A stretch of 64,000 bases of DNA from Balanoglossus misakiensis (Eukaryota; Animalia; Hemichordata): the NCBI GenBank assembly GCA_040954595.2, contig CM082578.2, positions 587,740-651,739 of the forward strand, given 5' to 3'. The notes below the pieces were generated by a model. That model did no database searches, was not told the DNA's origin, and was given only the letters and a program-made list of their open reading frames with translations. Below are positions 48,003-63,000 of this stretch, in pieces. Within the stretch, counting starts at the first letter, position 1. Every line of letters starts with the position of its first letter. The position numbers and the translations under genes are program-made.

Positions 48003-51000
48003 TAGCTATTATATTTTCCACTTTTTGTAAGTGAAGCCTGACTGTCGCCTGTCTTAGTTCACCACTTCATAAGCGGTCTTACCCGTCATTGGCACAAACA
48101 GTCTCAGGAATTAAGCTTTCAGCATACCAATGTAGCTATTATATTTACCACTTTTTGTAAGTGAAGCCTGACTGTCGCCTGTCTTAGGTCACCACCTCAT
48201 AAGCGGTCTTACCCGTCATTGGCACAAACAGTCTCAGGAAGTTAGCTTTCAGCCTACCAATGAAGCTATTATATTTTCCACTTTTTGTAAGTGAAGCCTG
48301 ACTGTCGCCTGTCTTAGGTCACCGACTCATAAGCGGTCTTACCCGTCATTGGCACAAACAGTCTCAGGAAGTAAGCTTTCAGCCTACCAATGTAGCTATT
48401 ATATTTTCCACTTTTTGTAAGTGAAGCCTGACTGTCGCCTGTCTTAGGTCACCACTTCATAAGCGGTCTTACCCGTCATTGGCACAAACAGTCTCAGGAA
48501 GTAAGCTTTCAGCCTACCAATGTAGCTATTGTATTTTCCACTTTTTGTAAGTGAAGCCTGACTGTCGCCTGTCTTAGGTCACCACTTCATAAGAGGTCTT
48601 ACCCGTCATTGGCACAAACAGTCTCAGGAAGTAAGCTTTCAGCCTACCAATGTAGCTATTGTATTTTCCACTTTTTGTAAGTGAAGCCTGACTGTCGCCT
48701 TTCTTAGGTCACCACTTCAAAAGCGGTCTTACCCGTCATTGGCACAAACAGTCTCAGGAAGTAAGCTTTCAGCCTACCAATGTAGCTATTATATTTTCCA
48801 CTTTTTGTAAGTGAAGCCTGACTGTCGCCTGTCTTAGGTCACCACTTCATAAGAGGTCTTACCCGTCATTGGCACAAACAGTCTCAGGAAGTAAGCTTTC
48901 AGCCTACCAATGTAGCTATTGTATTTTCAACTTTTTGTAAGTGAAGCCTGACTGTCGCCTGTCTTAGGTCACCACCTCATAAGCGGTCTTACCCGTCATT
49001 GGCACAAACAGTCTCAGGAAGTTAGCTTTCAGCCTACCAATGAAGCTATTATATTTTCCACTTTTTGTAAGTGAAGCCTGACTGTCGCCTGTCTTAGGTC
49101 ACCGACTCATAAGCGGTCTTACCCGTCATTGGCACAAACAGTCTCAGGAAGTAAGCTTTCAGCCTACCAATGTAGCTATTATATTTTCCACTTTTTGTAA
49201 GTGAAGCCTGACTGTCGCCTGTCTTAGGTCACCACTTCATAAGCGGTCTTACCCGTCATTGGCACAAACAGTCTCAGGAATTAAGCTTTCAGCATACCAA
49301 TGTAGCTATTATATTTACCACTTTTTGTAAGTGAAGCCTGACTGTCGCCTGTCTTAGGTCACCACCTCATAAGCGGTCTTACCCGTCATTGGCACAAACA
49401 GTCTCAGGAAGTTAGCTTTCAGCCTACCAATGAAGCTATTATATTTTCCACTTTTTGTAAGTGAAGCCTGACTGTCGCCTGTCTTAGGTCACCGACTCAT
49501 AAGCGGTCTTACCCGTCATTGGCACAAACAGTCTCAGGAAGTAAGCTTTCAGCCTACCAATGTAGCTATTATATTTTCCACTTTTTGTAAGTGAAGCCTG
49601 ACTGTCGCCTGTCTTAGGTCACCACTTCATAAGCGGTCTTACCCGTCATTGGCACAAACAGTCTCAGGAAGTAAGCTTTCAGCCTACCAATGTAGCTATT
49701 ATATTTTCAACTTTTTGTAAGTGAAGCCTGACTGTCGCCTGTCTTAGGTCACCACTTCATAAGCGGTCTTACCCATCATTGGCACAAACAGTCTCAGGAA
49801 GTAAGCTTTCAGCCTACCAATGTAGCTATTGTATTTTCCACTTTTTGTAAGTGAAGCCTGACTGTCGCCTGTCTTAGGTCACCACTTTATAAGCGGTCTT
49901 ACCCGTCATAGGCACAAACAGTCTCGGGAAGTAAGCTTTCAGCCTACCAATGTAGCTATTGTATTTTCCACTTTTTGTAAGTGAAGCCTGACTGTCGCCT
50001 GTCTTAGGTCACCACTTCATAAGTGTTCTTACCCGTCATTGGCACAAACAGTCTCAGGAAGTAAGCTTTCAGCCTACCAATGTAGCTATTATATTTTCCA
50101 CTTTTTGTAAGTGAAGCATGACTGTCGCCTGTCTTAGGTCACCACTTCATAAGCGGTCTTACCCGTCATTGGCACAAACAGTCTCAGGAGGTAAGCTTTC
50201 AGCCTACCAATGTAGCTATTGTATTTTCCACTTTTTGTAAGTGAAGCCTGACTGTCGCCTGTCTTAGGTCACCACTTCATAAGAGGTATTACCCGTCATT
50301 GGCACAAACAGTCTCAGGAAGTAAGCTTTCAGCCTACCAATGTAGCTATTATATTTTCCACTTTTTGTAAGTGAAGCCTGACTGTCGCCTGTCTTAGGTC
50401 ACCTCTTCATAAGCGGTCTTACCCGTCATTGGCACAAACAGTCTCAGGAAGTAAGCTTTCAGCCTACCAATGTAGCTATTAAATTTTTTACTTTTTGTAA
50501 GTGAAGCCTGACTGTCGCCTGTCTTAGGTCACCACCTCATAAGCGGTCTTACCCGTCATTGGCACAAACAGTCTCAGGAAGTAAGCTTTCAGCCTACCAA
50601 TGTAGCTATTATATTTTCCACTTTTTGTAAGTGAAGCCTGACTGTCGCCTGTCTTAGGTCACCACTTCATAAGCGGTCTTACCCGTCATTGGCACAAACA
50701 GTCTCAGGAAGTAAGCTTTCAGCCTACCAATGTAGCTATTATATTTTCCACTTTTTGTAAGTGAAGCCTGACTGTCGCCTGTCTTAGGTCACCACTTCAT
50801 AAGTGGTCTTACCCGTCATTGGCACAAACAGTCTCAGGAAGTAAGCTTTCAGCCTACCAATGTAGCTATTGTATTTTCCACTTTTTGTAAGTGAAGCCTG
50901 ACTGTCGCCTGTCTTAGGTCACCACTTCAAAAGCGGTCTTACCCGTCATAGGCACAAACAGTCTCAGGAAGTAAGCTTTCAGCCTACCAATGTAGCTATT

Positions 51001-54000
51001 ATATTTTCCACTTTTTGTAAGTGAAGCCTGACTGTCGCCTGTCTTAGGTCACCACTTCATAAGAGGTCTTACCCGTCATTGGCACAAACAGTCTCAGGAA
51101 GTAAGCTTTCAGCCTACCAATGTAGCTATTGTATTTTCAACTTTTTGTAAGTGAAGCCTGACTGTCGCCTGTCTTAGGTCACCACCTCATAAGCGGTCTT
51201 ACCCGTCATTGGCACAAACAGTCTCAGGAAGTTAGCTTTCAGCCTACCAATGAAGCTATTATATTTTCCACTTTTTGTAAGTGAAGCCTGACTGTCGCCT
51301 GTCTTAGGTCACCGACTCATAAGCGGTCTTACCCGTCATTGGCACAAACAGTCTCAGGAAGTAAGCTTTCAGCCTACCAATGTAGCTATTATATTTTCCA
51401 CTTTTTGTAAGTGAAGCCTGACTGTCGCCTGTCTTAGGTCACCACTTCATAAGCGGTCTTACCCGTCATTGGCACAAACAGTCTCAGGAATTAAGCTTTC
51501 AGCATACCAATGTAGCTATTATATTTACCACTTTTTGTAAGTGAAGCCTGACTGTCGCCTGTCTTAGGTCACCACCTCATAAGCGGTCTTACCCGTCATT
51601 GGCACAAACAGTCTCAGGAAGTTAGCTTTCAGCCTACCAATGAAGCTATTATATTTTCCACTTTTTGTAAGTGAAGCCTGACTGTCGCCTGTCTTAGGTC
51701 ACCGACTCATAAGCGGTCTTACCCGTCATTGGCACAAACAGTCTCAGGAAGTAAGCTTTCAGCCTACCAATGTAGCTATTATATTTTCCACTTTTTGTAA
51801 GTGAAGCCTGACTGTCGCCTGTCTTAGGTCACCACTTCATAAGCGGTCTTACCCGTCATTGGCACAAACAGTCTCAGGAAGTAAGCTTTCAGCCTACCAA
51901 TGTAGCTATTATATTTTCAACTTTTTGTAAGTGAAGCCTGACTGTCGCCTGTCTTAGGTCACCACTTCATAAGCGGTCTTACCCATCATTGGCACAAACA
52001 GTCTCAGGAAGTAAGCTTTCAGCCTACCAATGTAGCTATTGTATTTTCCACTTTTTGTAAGTGAAGCCTGACTGTCGCCTGTCTTAGGTCACCACTTTAT
52101 AAGCGGTCTTACCCGTCATAGGCACAAACAGTCTCGGGAAGTAAGCTTTCAGCCTACCAATGTAGCTATTGTATTTTCCACTTTTTGTAAGTGAAGCCTG
52201 ACTGTCGCCTTTCTTAGGTCACCACTTCATAAGAGGTCTTACCCGTCATTGGCACAAACAGTCTCAGGAGGTAAGCTTTCAGCCTACCAATGTAGCTATT
52301 GTATTTTCCACTTTTTGTAAGTGAAGCCTGACTGTCGCCTGTCTTAGGTCACCACTTCATAAGAGGTCTTACCCGTCATTGGCACAAACAGTCTCAGGAA
52401 GTAAGCTTTCAGCCTACCAATGTAGCTATTATATTTTCCACTTTTTGTAAGTGAAGCCTGACTGTCGCCTGTCTTAGGTCACCTCTTCATAAGCGGTCTT
52501 ACCCGTCATTGGCACAAACAGTCTCAGGAAGTAAGCTTTCAGCCTACCAATGTAGCTATTAAATTTTTTACTTTTTGTAAGTGAAGCCTGACTGTCGCCT
52601 GTCTTAGGTCACCACCTCATAAGCGGTCTTACCCGTCATTGGCACAAACAGTCTCAGGAAGTAAGCTTTCAGCCTACCAATGTAGCTATTGTATTTTCAA
52701 CTTTTTGTAAGTGAAGCCTGACTGTCGCCTGTCTTAGGTCACCACCTCATAAGCGGTCTTACCCGTCATTGGCACAAACAGTCTCAGGAAGTTAGCTTTC
52801 AGCCTACCAATGAAGCTATTATATTTTCCACTTTTTGTAAGTGAAGCCTGACTGTCGCCTGTCTTAGGTCACCGACTCATAAGCGGTCTTACCCGTCATT
52901 GGCACAAACAGTCTCAGGAAGTAAGCTTTCAGCCTACCAATGTAGCTATTATATTTTCCACTTTTTGTAAGTGAAGCCTGACTGTCGCCTGTCTTAGGTC
53001 ACCACTTCATAAGCGGTCTTACCCGTCATTGGCACAAACAGTCTCAGGAATTAAGCTTTCAGCATACCAATGTAGCTATTATATTTACCACTTTTAGTAA
53101 GTGAAGCCTGACTGTCGCCTGTCTTAGGTCACCACCTCATAAGCGGTCTTACCCGTCATTGGCACAAACAGTCTCAGGAAGTTAGCTTTCAGCCTACCAA
53201 TGAAGCTATTATATTTTCCACTTTTTGTAAGTGAAGCCTGACTGTCGCCTGTCTTAGGTCACCGACTCATAAGCGGTCTTACCCGTCATTGGCACAAACA
53301 GTCTCAGGAAGTAAGCTTTCAGCCTACCAATGTAGCTATTATATTTTCCACTTTTTGTAAGTGAAGCCTGACTGTCGCCTGTCTTAGGTCACCACTTCAT
53401 AAGCGGTCTTACCCGTCATTGGCACAAACAGTCTCAGGAAGTAAGCTTTCAGCCTACCAATGTAGCTATTATATTTTCAACTTTTTGTAAGTGAAGCCTG
53501 ACTGTCGCCTGTCTTAGGTCACCACTTCATAAGCGGTCTTACCCATCATTGGCACAAACAGTCTCAGGAAGTAAGCTTTCAGCCTACCAATGTAGCTATT
53601 GTATTTTCCACTTTTTGTAAGTGAAGCCTGACTGTCGCCTGTCTTAGGTCACCACTTTATAAGCGGTCTTACCCGTCATAGGCACAAACAGTCTCGGGAA
53701 GTAAGCTTTCAGCCTACCAATGTAGCTATTGTATTTTCCACTTTTTGTAAGTGAAGCCTGACTGTCGCCTTTCTTAGGTCACCACTTCATAAGAGGTCTT
53801 ACCCGTCATTGGCACAAACAGTCTCAGGAGGTAAGCTTTCAGCCTACCAATGTAGCTATTGTATTTTCCACTTTTTGTAAGTGAAGCCTGACTGTCGCCT
53901 GTCTTAGGTCACCACTTCATAAGAGGTCTTACCCGTCATTGGCACAAACAGTCTCAGGAAGTAAGCTTTCAGCCTACCAATGTAGCTATTATATTTTCCA

Positions 54001-57000
54001 CTTTTTGTAAGTGAAGCCTGACTGTCGCCTGTCTTAGGTCACCTCTTCATAAGCGGTCTTACCCGTCATTGGCACAAACAGTCTCAGGAAGTAAGCTTTC
54101 AGCCTACCAATGTAGCTATTAAATTTTTTACTTTTTGTAAGTGAAGCCTGACTGTCGCCTGTCTTAGGTCACCACCTCATAAGCGGTCTTACCCGTCATT
54201 GGCACAAACAGTCTCAGGAAGTAAGCTTTCAGCCTACCAATGTAGCTATTATATTTTCCACTTTTTGTAAGTGAAGCCTGACTGTCGCCTGTCTTAGGTC
54301 ACCACTTCATAAGCGGTCTTACCCGTCATTGGCACAAACAGTCTCAGGAAGTAAGCTTTCAGCCTACCAATGTAGCTATTATATTTTCCACTTTTTGTAA
54401 GTGAAGCCTGACTGTCGCCTGTCTTAGGTCACCACTTCATAAGTGGTCTTACCCGTCATTGGCACAAACAGTCTCAGGAAGTAAGCTTTCAGCCTACCAA
54501 TGTAGCTATTGTATTTTCCACTTTTTGTAAGTGAAGCCTGACTGTCGCCTGTCTTAGGTCACCACTTCATAAGCGGTATGACCCGTCATAGGCACAAACA
54601 GTCTCAGGAAGTAAGCTTTCAGCCTACCAATGTAGCTATTGTATTTTCCACTTTTTGTAAGTGAAGCCTGACTGTCGCCTGTCTTAGGTCACCACTTCAT
54701 AAGCGGTCTTACCCGTCATAGGCACAAACAGTCTCAGGAAGTAAGCTTTCAGCCTACCAATGTAGCTATTATATTTTCCACTTTTTGTAAGTGAAGCCTG
54801 ACTGTCGCCTGTCTTAGGTCACCACTTCATAAGAGGTCTTACCCGTCATTGGCACAAACAGTCTCAGGAAGTAAGCTTTCAGCCTACCAATGTAGCTATT
54901 GTATTTTCAACTTTTTGTAAGTGAAGCCTGAGTGTCGCCTGTCTTAGGTCACCACTTCATAAGAGGTCTTACCCGTCATTGGCACAAACAGTCTCAGGAC
55001 GTAAGCTTTCAGCCTACCAATGTAGCTATTGTATTTTCAACTTTTTGTAAGTGAAGCCTGACTGTCGCCTGTCTTAGGTCACCACTTCATAAGAGGTCTT
55101 ACCCGTCATTGGCACAAACAGACTCAGGAAGTAAGCTTTCAGCCTACCAATGTAGCTATTGTATTTTCAACTTTTTGTAAGTGAAGCCTGACTGTCGCCT
55201 GTCTTAGGTCACCACTTCATAAGAGGTCTTACCCGTCATTGGCACAAACAGTCTCCGGAAGTAAGCTTTCAGCCTACCAATGTAGCTATTGTATTTTCCA
55301 CTTTTTGTAAGTGAAGCCTGACTGTCGCCTGTCTTAGGTCACCGACTCATAAGCGGTCTTACCCGTCATTGGCACAAACAGTCTCAGGAAGTAAGCTTTC
55401 AGCCTACCAATGTAGCTATTATATTTTCCACTTTTTGTAAGTGAAGCCTGACTGTCGCCTGTCTTAGGTCACCACTTCATAAGCGGTCTTACCCGTCATT
55501 GGCACAACAGTCTCAGGAAGTAAGCTTTCAGCCTACCAATGTAGCTATTATATTTTCCACTTTTTGTAAGTGAAGCCTGACTGTCGCCTGTCTTAGGTCA
55601 CCACTTCATAAGCGGTCTTACCCGTCATTGGCACAAACAGTCTCAGGAAGTAAGCTTTCAGCCTACCAATGTAGCTATTGTATTTTCCACTTTTTGTAAG
55701 TGAAGCCTGACTGTCGCCTGTCTTAGGTCACCACTTTATAAGCGGTCTTACCCGTCATAGGCACAAACAGTCTCGGGAAGTAAGCTTCCAGCCTACCAAT
55801 GTAGCTATTGTATTTTCCACTTTTTGTTAGTGAAGCCTGACTGTCGCCTTTCTTAGGTCACCACTTCATAAGAGGTCTTACCCGTCATTGGCACAAACAG
55901 TCTCAGGAGGTAAGCTTTCAGCCTACCAATGTAGCTATTGTATTTTCCACTTTTTGTAAGTGAAGCCTGACTGTCGCCTGTCTTAGGTCACCACTTCATA
56001 AGAGGTCTTACCCGTCATTGGCACAAACAGTCTCAGGAAGTAAGCTTTCAGCCTACCAATGTAGCTATTATATTTTCCACTTTTTGTAAGTGAAGCCTGA
56101 CTGTCGCCTGTCTTAGGTCACCTCTTCATAAGCGGTCTTACCCGTCATTGGCACAAACAGTCTCAGGAAGTAAGCTTTCAGCCTACCAATGTAGCTATTA
56201 AATTTTTTACTTTTTGTAAGTGAAGCCTGACTGTCGCCTGTCTTAGGTCACCACCTCATAAGCGGTCTTACCCGTCATTGGCACAAACAGTCTCAGGAAG
56301 TAAGCTTTCAGCCTACCAATGTAGCTATTATATTTTCCACTTTTTGTAAGTGAAGCCTGACTGTCGCCTGTCTTAGGTCACCACTTCATAAGCGGTCTTA
56401 CCCGTCATTGGCACAAACAGTCTCAGGAAGTAAGCTTTCAGCCTACCAATGTAGCTATTATATTTTCCACTTTTTGTAAGTGAAGCCTGACTGTCGCCTG
56501 TCTTAGGTCACCACTTCATAAGTGGTCTTACCCGTCATTGGCACAAACAGTCTCAGGAAGTAAGCTTTCAGCCTACCAATGTAGCTATTGTATTTTCCAC
56601 TTTTTGTAAGTGAAGCCTGACTGTCGCCTGTCTTAGGTCACCACTTCATAAGCGGTCTTACCCGTCATAGGCACAAACAGTCTCAGGAAGTAAGCTTTCA
56701 GCCTACCAATGTAGCTATTATATTTTCCACTTTTTGTAAGTGAAGCCTGACTGTCGCCTGTCTTAGGTCACCACTTCATAAGAGGTCTTACCCGTCATTG
56801 GCACAAACAGTCTCAGGAAGTAAGCTTTCAGCCTACCAATGTAGCTATTGTATTTTCAACTTTTTGTAAGTGAAGCCTGACTGTCGCCTGTCTTAGGTCA
56901 CCACTTCATAAGAGGTCTTACTCGTCATTGGCACAAACAGACTCAGGACGTAAGCTTTCAGCCTACCAATGTAGCTATTGTATTTTCCACTTTTTGTAAG

Positions 57001-60000
57001 TGAAGTCTGACTGTCGCCTGTCTTAGGTCACCACTTCATAAGAGGTCTTACCCGTCATTGGCACAAACAGTCTCAGGAAGTAAGCTTTCAGCCTACCAAT
57101 GTAGCTATTGTATTTTCCACTTTTTGTAAGTGAAGTCTGACTGTCGCCTGTCTTAGGTCACCACTTCATAAGAGGTCTTACCCGTCATTGGCACAAACAG
57201 TCTCAGGAGGTAAGCTTTCAGCCTACCAATGTAGCTATTGTATTTTCCACTTTTTGTAAGTGAAGCCTGACTGTCGCCTGTCTTAGGTCACCACTTCATA
57301 AGAGGTCTTACCCGTCATTGGCACAAACAGTCTCAGGAAGTAAGCTTTCAGCCTACCAATGTAGCTATTATATTTTCCACTTTTTGTAAGTGAAGCCTGA
57401 CTGTCGCCTGTCTTAGGTCACCTCTTCATAAGCGGTCTTACCCGTCATTGGCACAAACAGTCTCAGGAAGTAAGCTTTCAGCCTACCAATGTAGCTATTA
57501 TATTTTCCACTTTTTGTAAGTGAAGCCTGACTGTCGCCTGTCTTATGTCACCACTTCATAAGAGGTCTTACTCGTCATTGGCACAAACAGACTCAGGACG
57601 TAATCTTTCAGCCTACCAATGTAGCTATTGTATTTTCCACTTTTTGTAAGTGAAGTCTGACTGTCGCCTGTTTTAGGTCACCACTTCATAAGAGGTCTTA
57701 CCCGTCATTGGCACAAACAGTCTCAGGAAGTAAGCTTTCAGCCTACCAATGTAGCTATTGTGTTTTCCACTTTTTGTAAGTGAAGTCTGACTGTCGCCTG
57801 TCTTAGGTCACCACTTCATAAGAGGTCTTACCCGTCATTGGCACAAACAGTCTCAGGAAGTAAGCTTTCAGCCTACCAATGTAGCTATTATATTTTCCAC
57901 TTTTTGTAAGTGAAGCCTGACTGTCGCCTGTCTTAGGTCACCTCTTCATAAGCGGTCTTACCCGTCATTGGCACAAACAGTCTCAGGAAGTAAGCTTTCA
58001 GCCTACCAATGTAGCTATTAAATTTTTTACTTTTTGTAAGTGAAGCCTGACTGTCGCCTGTCTTAGGTCACCACCTCATAAGCGGTCTTACCCGTCATTG
58101 GCACAAACAGTCTCAGGAAGTAAGCTTTCAGCCTACCAATGTAGCTATTATATTTTCCACTTTTTGTAAGTGAAGCCTGACTGTCGCCTGTCTTATGTCA
58201 CCACTTCATAAGAGGTCTTACTCGTCATTGGCACAAACAGACTCAGGACGTAAGCTTTCAGCCTACCAATGTAGCTATTGTATTTTCCACTTTTTGTAAG
58301 TGAAGTCTGACTGTCGCCTGTTTTAGGTCACCACTTCATAAGAGGTCTTACCCGTCATTGGCACAAACAGTCTCAGGAAGTAAGCTTTCAGCCTACCAAT
58401 GTAGCTATTGTGTTTTCCACTTTTTGTAAGTGAAGTCTGACTGTCGCCTGTCTTAGGTCACCACTTCATAAGAGGTCTTACCCGTCATTGGCACAAACAG
58501 TCTCAGGAAGTAAGCTTTCAGCCTACCAATGTAGCTATTAAATTTTTTACTTTTTGTAAGTGAAGCCTGACTGTCGCCTGTCTTAGGTCACCACCTCATA
58601 AGCGGTCTTACCCGTCATTGGCACAAACAGTCTCAGGAAGTAAGCTTTCAGCCTACCAATGTAGCTATTATATTTTCCACTTTTTGTAAGTGAAGCCTGA
58701 CTGTCGCCTGTCTTAGGTCACCACTTCATAAGAGGTCTTACTCGTCATTGGCACAAACAGACTCAGGACGTAAGCTTTCAGCCTACCAATGTAGCTATTG
58801 TATTTTCCACTTTTTGTAAGTGAAGTCTGACTGTCGCCTGTCTTAGGTCACCACTTCATAAGAGGTCTTACCCGTCATTGGCACAAACAGTCTCAGGAAG
58901 TAAGCTTTCAGCCTACCAATGTAGCTATTGTATTTTCCACTTTTTGTAAGTGAAGTCTGACTGTCGCCTGTCTTAGGTCACCACTTCATAAGAGGTCTTA
59001 CCCGTCATTGGCACAAACAGTCTCAGGAAGTAAGCTTTCAGCCTACCAATGTAGCTATTAAATTTTTTACTTTTTGTAAGTGAAGCCTGACTGTCGCCTG
59101 TCTTAGGTCACCACCTCATAAGCGGTCTTACCCGTCATTGGCACAAACAGTCTCAGGAAGTAAGCTTTCAGCCTACCAATGTAGCTATTATATTTTCCAC
59201 TTTTTGTAAGTGAAGCCTGACTGTCGCCTGTCTTAGGTCACCACTTCATAAGCGGTCTTACCCGTCATTGGCACAAACAGTCTCAGGAAGTAAGCTTTCA
59301 GCCTACCAATGTAGCTATTATATTTTCCACTTTTTGTAAGTGAAGCCTGACTGTCGCCTGTCTTAGGTCACCACTTCATAAGTGGTCTTACCCGTCATTG
59401 GCACAAACAGTCTCAGGAAGTAAGCTTTCAGCCTACCAATGTAGCTATTGTATTTTCCACTTTTTGTAAGTGAAGCCTGACTGTCGCCTGTCTTAGGTCA
59501 CCACTTCATAAGCGGTCTTACCCGTCATAGGCACAAACAGTCTCAGGAAGTAAGCTTTCAGCCTACCAATGTAGCTATTATATTTTCCACTTTTTGTAAG
59601 TGAAGCCTGACTGTCGCCTGTCTTAGGTCACCACTTCATAAGAGGTCTTACCCGTCATTGGCACAAACAGTCTCAGGAAGTAAGCTTTCAGCCTACCAAT
59701 GTAGCTATTGTATTTTCAACTTTTTGTAAGTGAAGCCTGACTGTCGCCTGTCTTAGGTCACCACTTCATAAGAGGTCTTACCCGTCATTGGCACAAACAG
59801 ACAGGAAGTAAGCTTTCAGCCTACCAATGTAGCTATTGTATTTTCCACTTTTTGTAAGTGAAGTCTGACTGTCGCCTGTCTTAGGTCACCACTTCATAAG
59901 AGGTCTTACCCGTCATTGGCACAAACAGTCTCAGGAAGTTAGCTTTCAGCCTACCAATGAAGCTATTATATTTTCCACTTTTTGTAAGTGAAGCCTGACT

Positions 60001-63000
60001 GTCGCCTGTCTTAGGTCACCGACTCATAAGCGGTCTTACCCGTCATTGGCACAAACAGTCTCAGGAAGTAAGCTTTCAGCCTACCAATGTAGCTATTGTA
60101 TTTTCCACTTTTTGTAAGTGAAGCCTGACTGTCGCCTGTCTTAGGTCACCACTTTATAAGCGGTCTTACCCGTCATAGGCACAAACAGTCTCGGGAAGTA
60201 AGCTTTCAGCCTACCAATGTAGCTATTGTATTTTCCACTTTTTGTAAGTGAAGCCTGACTGTCGCCTTTCTTAGGTCACCACTTCATAAGAGGTCTTACC
60301 CGTCATTGGCACAAACAGTCTCAGGAGGTAAGCTTTCAGCCTACCAATGTAGCTATTGTATTTTCCACTTTTTGTAAGTGAAGCCTGACTGTCGCCTGTC
60401 TTAGGTCACCACCTCATAAGCGGTCTTACCCGTCATTGGCACAAACAGTCTCAGGAAGTAAGCTTTCAGCCTACCAATGTAGCTATTATATTTTCCACTT
60501 TTTGTAAGTGAAGCCTGACTGTCGCCTGTCTTAGGTCCCCACTTCATAAGCGGTCTTACCCGTCATAGGCACAAACAGTCTCAGGAAGTAAGCTTTCAGC
60601 CTACCAATGTAGCTATTATATTTTCCACTTTTTGTAAGTGAAGCCTGACTGTCGCCTGTCTTAGGTCACCACTTCATAAGAGGTCTTACCCGTCATTGGC
60701 ACAAACAGTCTCAGGAAGTAAGCTTTCAGCCTACCAATGTAGCTATTGTATTTTCAACTTTTTGTAAGTGAAGCCTGACTGTCGCCTGTCTTAGGTCACC
60801 ACTTCATAAGAGGTCTTACTCGTCATTGGCACAAACAGACTCAGGACGTAAGCTTTCAGCCTACCAATGTAGCTATTGTATTTTCCACTTTTTGTAAGTG
60901 AAGCCTGACTGTCGCCTGTCTTAGGTCACCGACTCATAAGCGGTCTTACCCGTCATTGGCACAAACAGTCTCAGGAAGTAAGCTTTCAGCCTACCAATGT
61001 AGCTATTGTATTTTCCACTTTTTGTAAGTGAAGCCTGACTGTCGCCTGTCTTAGGTCACCACTTTATAAGCGGTCTTACCCGTCATAGGCACAAACAGTC
61101 TCGGGAAGTAAGCTTTCAGCCTACCAATGTAGCTATTGTATTTTCCACTTTTTGTAAGTGAAGCCTGACTGTCGCCTTTCTTAGGTCACCACTTCATAAG
61201 AGGTCTTACCCGTCATTGGCACAAACAGTCTCAGGAGGTAAGCTTTCAGCCTACCAATGTAGCTATTGTATTTTCCACTTTTTGTAAGTGAAGCCTGACT
61301 GTCGCCTGTCTTAGGTCACCACTTCATAAGAGGTCTTACCCGTCATTGGCACAAACAGTCTCAGGAAGTAAGCTTTCAGCCTACCAATGTAGCTATTATA
61401 TTTTCCACTTTTTGTAAGTGAAGCCTGACTGTCGCCTGTCTTAGGTCACCTCTTCATAAGCGGTCTTACCCGTCATTGGCACAAACAGTCTCAGGAAGTA
61501 AGCTTTCAGCCTACCAATGTAGCTATTAAATTTTTTACTTTTTGTAAGTGAAGCCTGACTGTCGCCTGTCTTAGGTCACCACTTCATAAGCGGTCTTACC
61601 CGTCATAGGCACAAACAGTCTCGGGAAGTAAGCTTTCAGCCTACCAATGTTGCTATTGTATTTTCCACTTTTTGTAAGTGAAGCCTGACTGTCGCCTTTC
61701 TTAGGTCACCACTTCATAAGAGGTCTTACCCGTCATTGGCACAAACAGTCTCAGGAGGTAAGCTTTCAGCCTACCAATGTAGCTATTGTATTTTCCACTT
61801 TTTTTAAGTGAAGCCTGACTGTTGCCTGTCTTAGGTCACCACTCCATAAGTGTTCTTACCCGTCATTGGCACAAACAGTCTCAGGAAGTAAGCTTTCAGC
61901 CTACCAATGTAGCTATTATATTTTCCACTTTTTGTAAGTGAAGCCTGACTGTCGCCTGTCTTAGGTCACCACTTCATAAGCGGTCTTACCCGTCATTGGC
62001 ACAAACAGTCTCAGGAAGTAAGCTTTCAGCCTACCAATGTAGCTATTGTATTTTCCACTTTTTGTAAGTGAAGCCTGACTGTCGCCTGTCTTAGGTCACC
62101 ACTTCATAAGCGGTCTTACCCGTCATTGGCACAAACAGTCTCAGGAAGTAAGCTTTCAGCCTACCAATGTAGCTATTGTATTTTCCACTTTTTGTAAGTG
62201 AAGCCTGACTGTCGCCTGTCTTAGGTCACCACTTCATAAGTGTTCTTACCCGTCATTGGCACAAACAGTCTCAGGAAGTAAGCTTTCAGCCTACCAATGT
62301 AGCTATTATATTTTCCACTTTTTGTAAGTGAAGCCTGACTGTCGCCTGTCTTAGGTCACCACTTCATAAGCGGTCTTACCCGTCATTGGCACATACAGTC
62401 TCAGGAAGTTAGCTTTCAGCCTACCAATGTAGCTATTATATTTTCCACTTTTTGTAAGTGAAGCCTTACTGTCGCCTGTCTTAGGTCACCACTTCATAAG
62501 CGGTCTTACCCGTCATTGGCACAAACAGTCTCAGGAAGTTAGCTTTCAGCCTACCAATGTAGCTATTATATTTTCCACTTTTTGTAAGTGAAGCCTGACT
62601 GTCGCCTGTCTTAGGTCACCACTTCATAAGAGGTCTTACCCGTCATTGGCACAAACAGTCTCAGGAAGTAAGCTTTCAGCCTACCAATGTAGCTATTGTA
62701 TTTTCAACTTTTTGTAAGTGAAGCCTGACTGTCGCCTGTCTTAGGTCACCACTTCATAAGAGGTCTTACCCGTCATTGGCACAAACAGACAGGAAATAAG
62801 CTTTCAGCCTACCAATGTAGCTATTGTATTTTCCACTTTTTGTAAGTGAAGCCTGACTGTCGCCTGTCTTAGGTCACCACTTCATAAGAGGTCTTACCCG
62901 TCATTGGCACAAACAGTCTCAGGAAGTAAGCTTTCAGCCTACCAATGTAGCTATTATATTTTCCACTTTTTGTAAGTGAAGCCTGACTGTCGCCTGTCTT

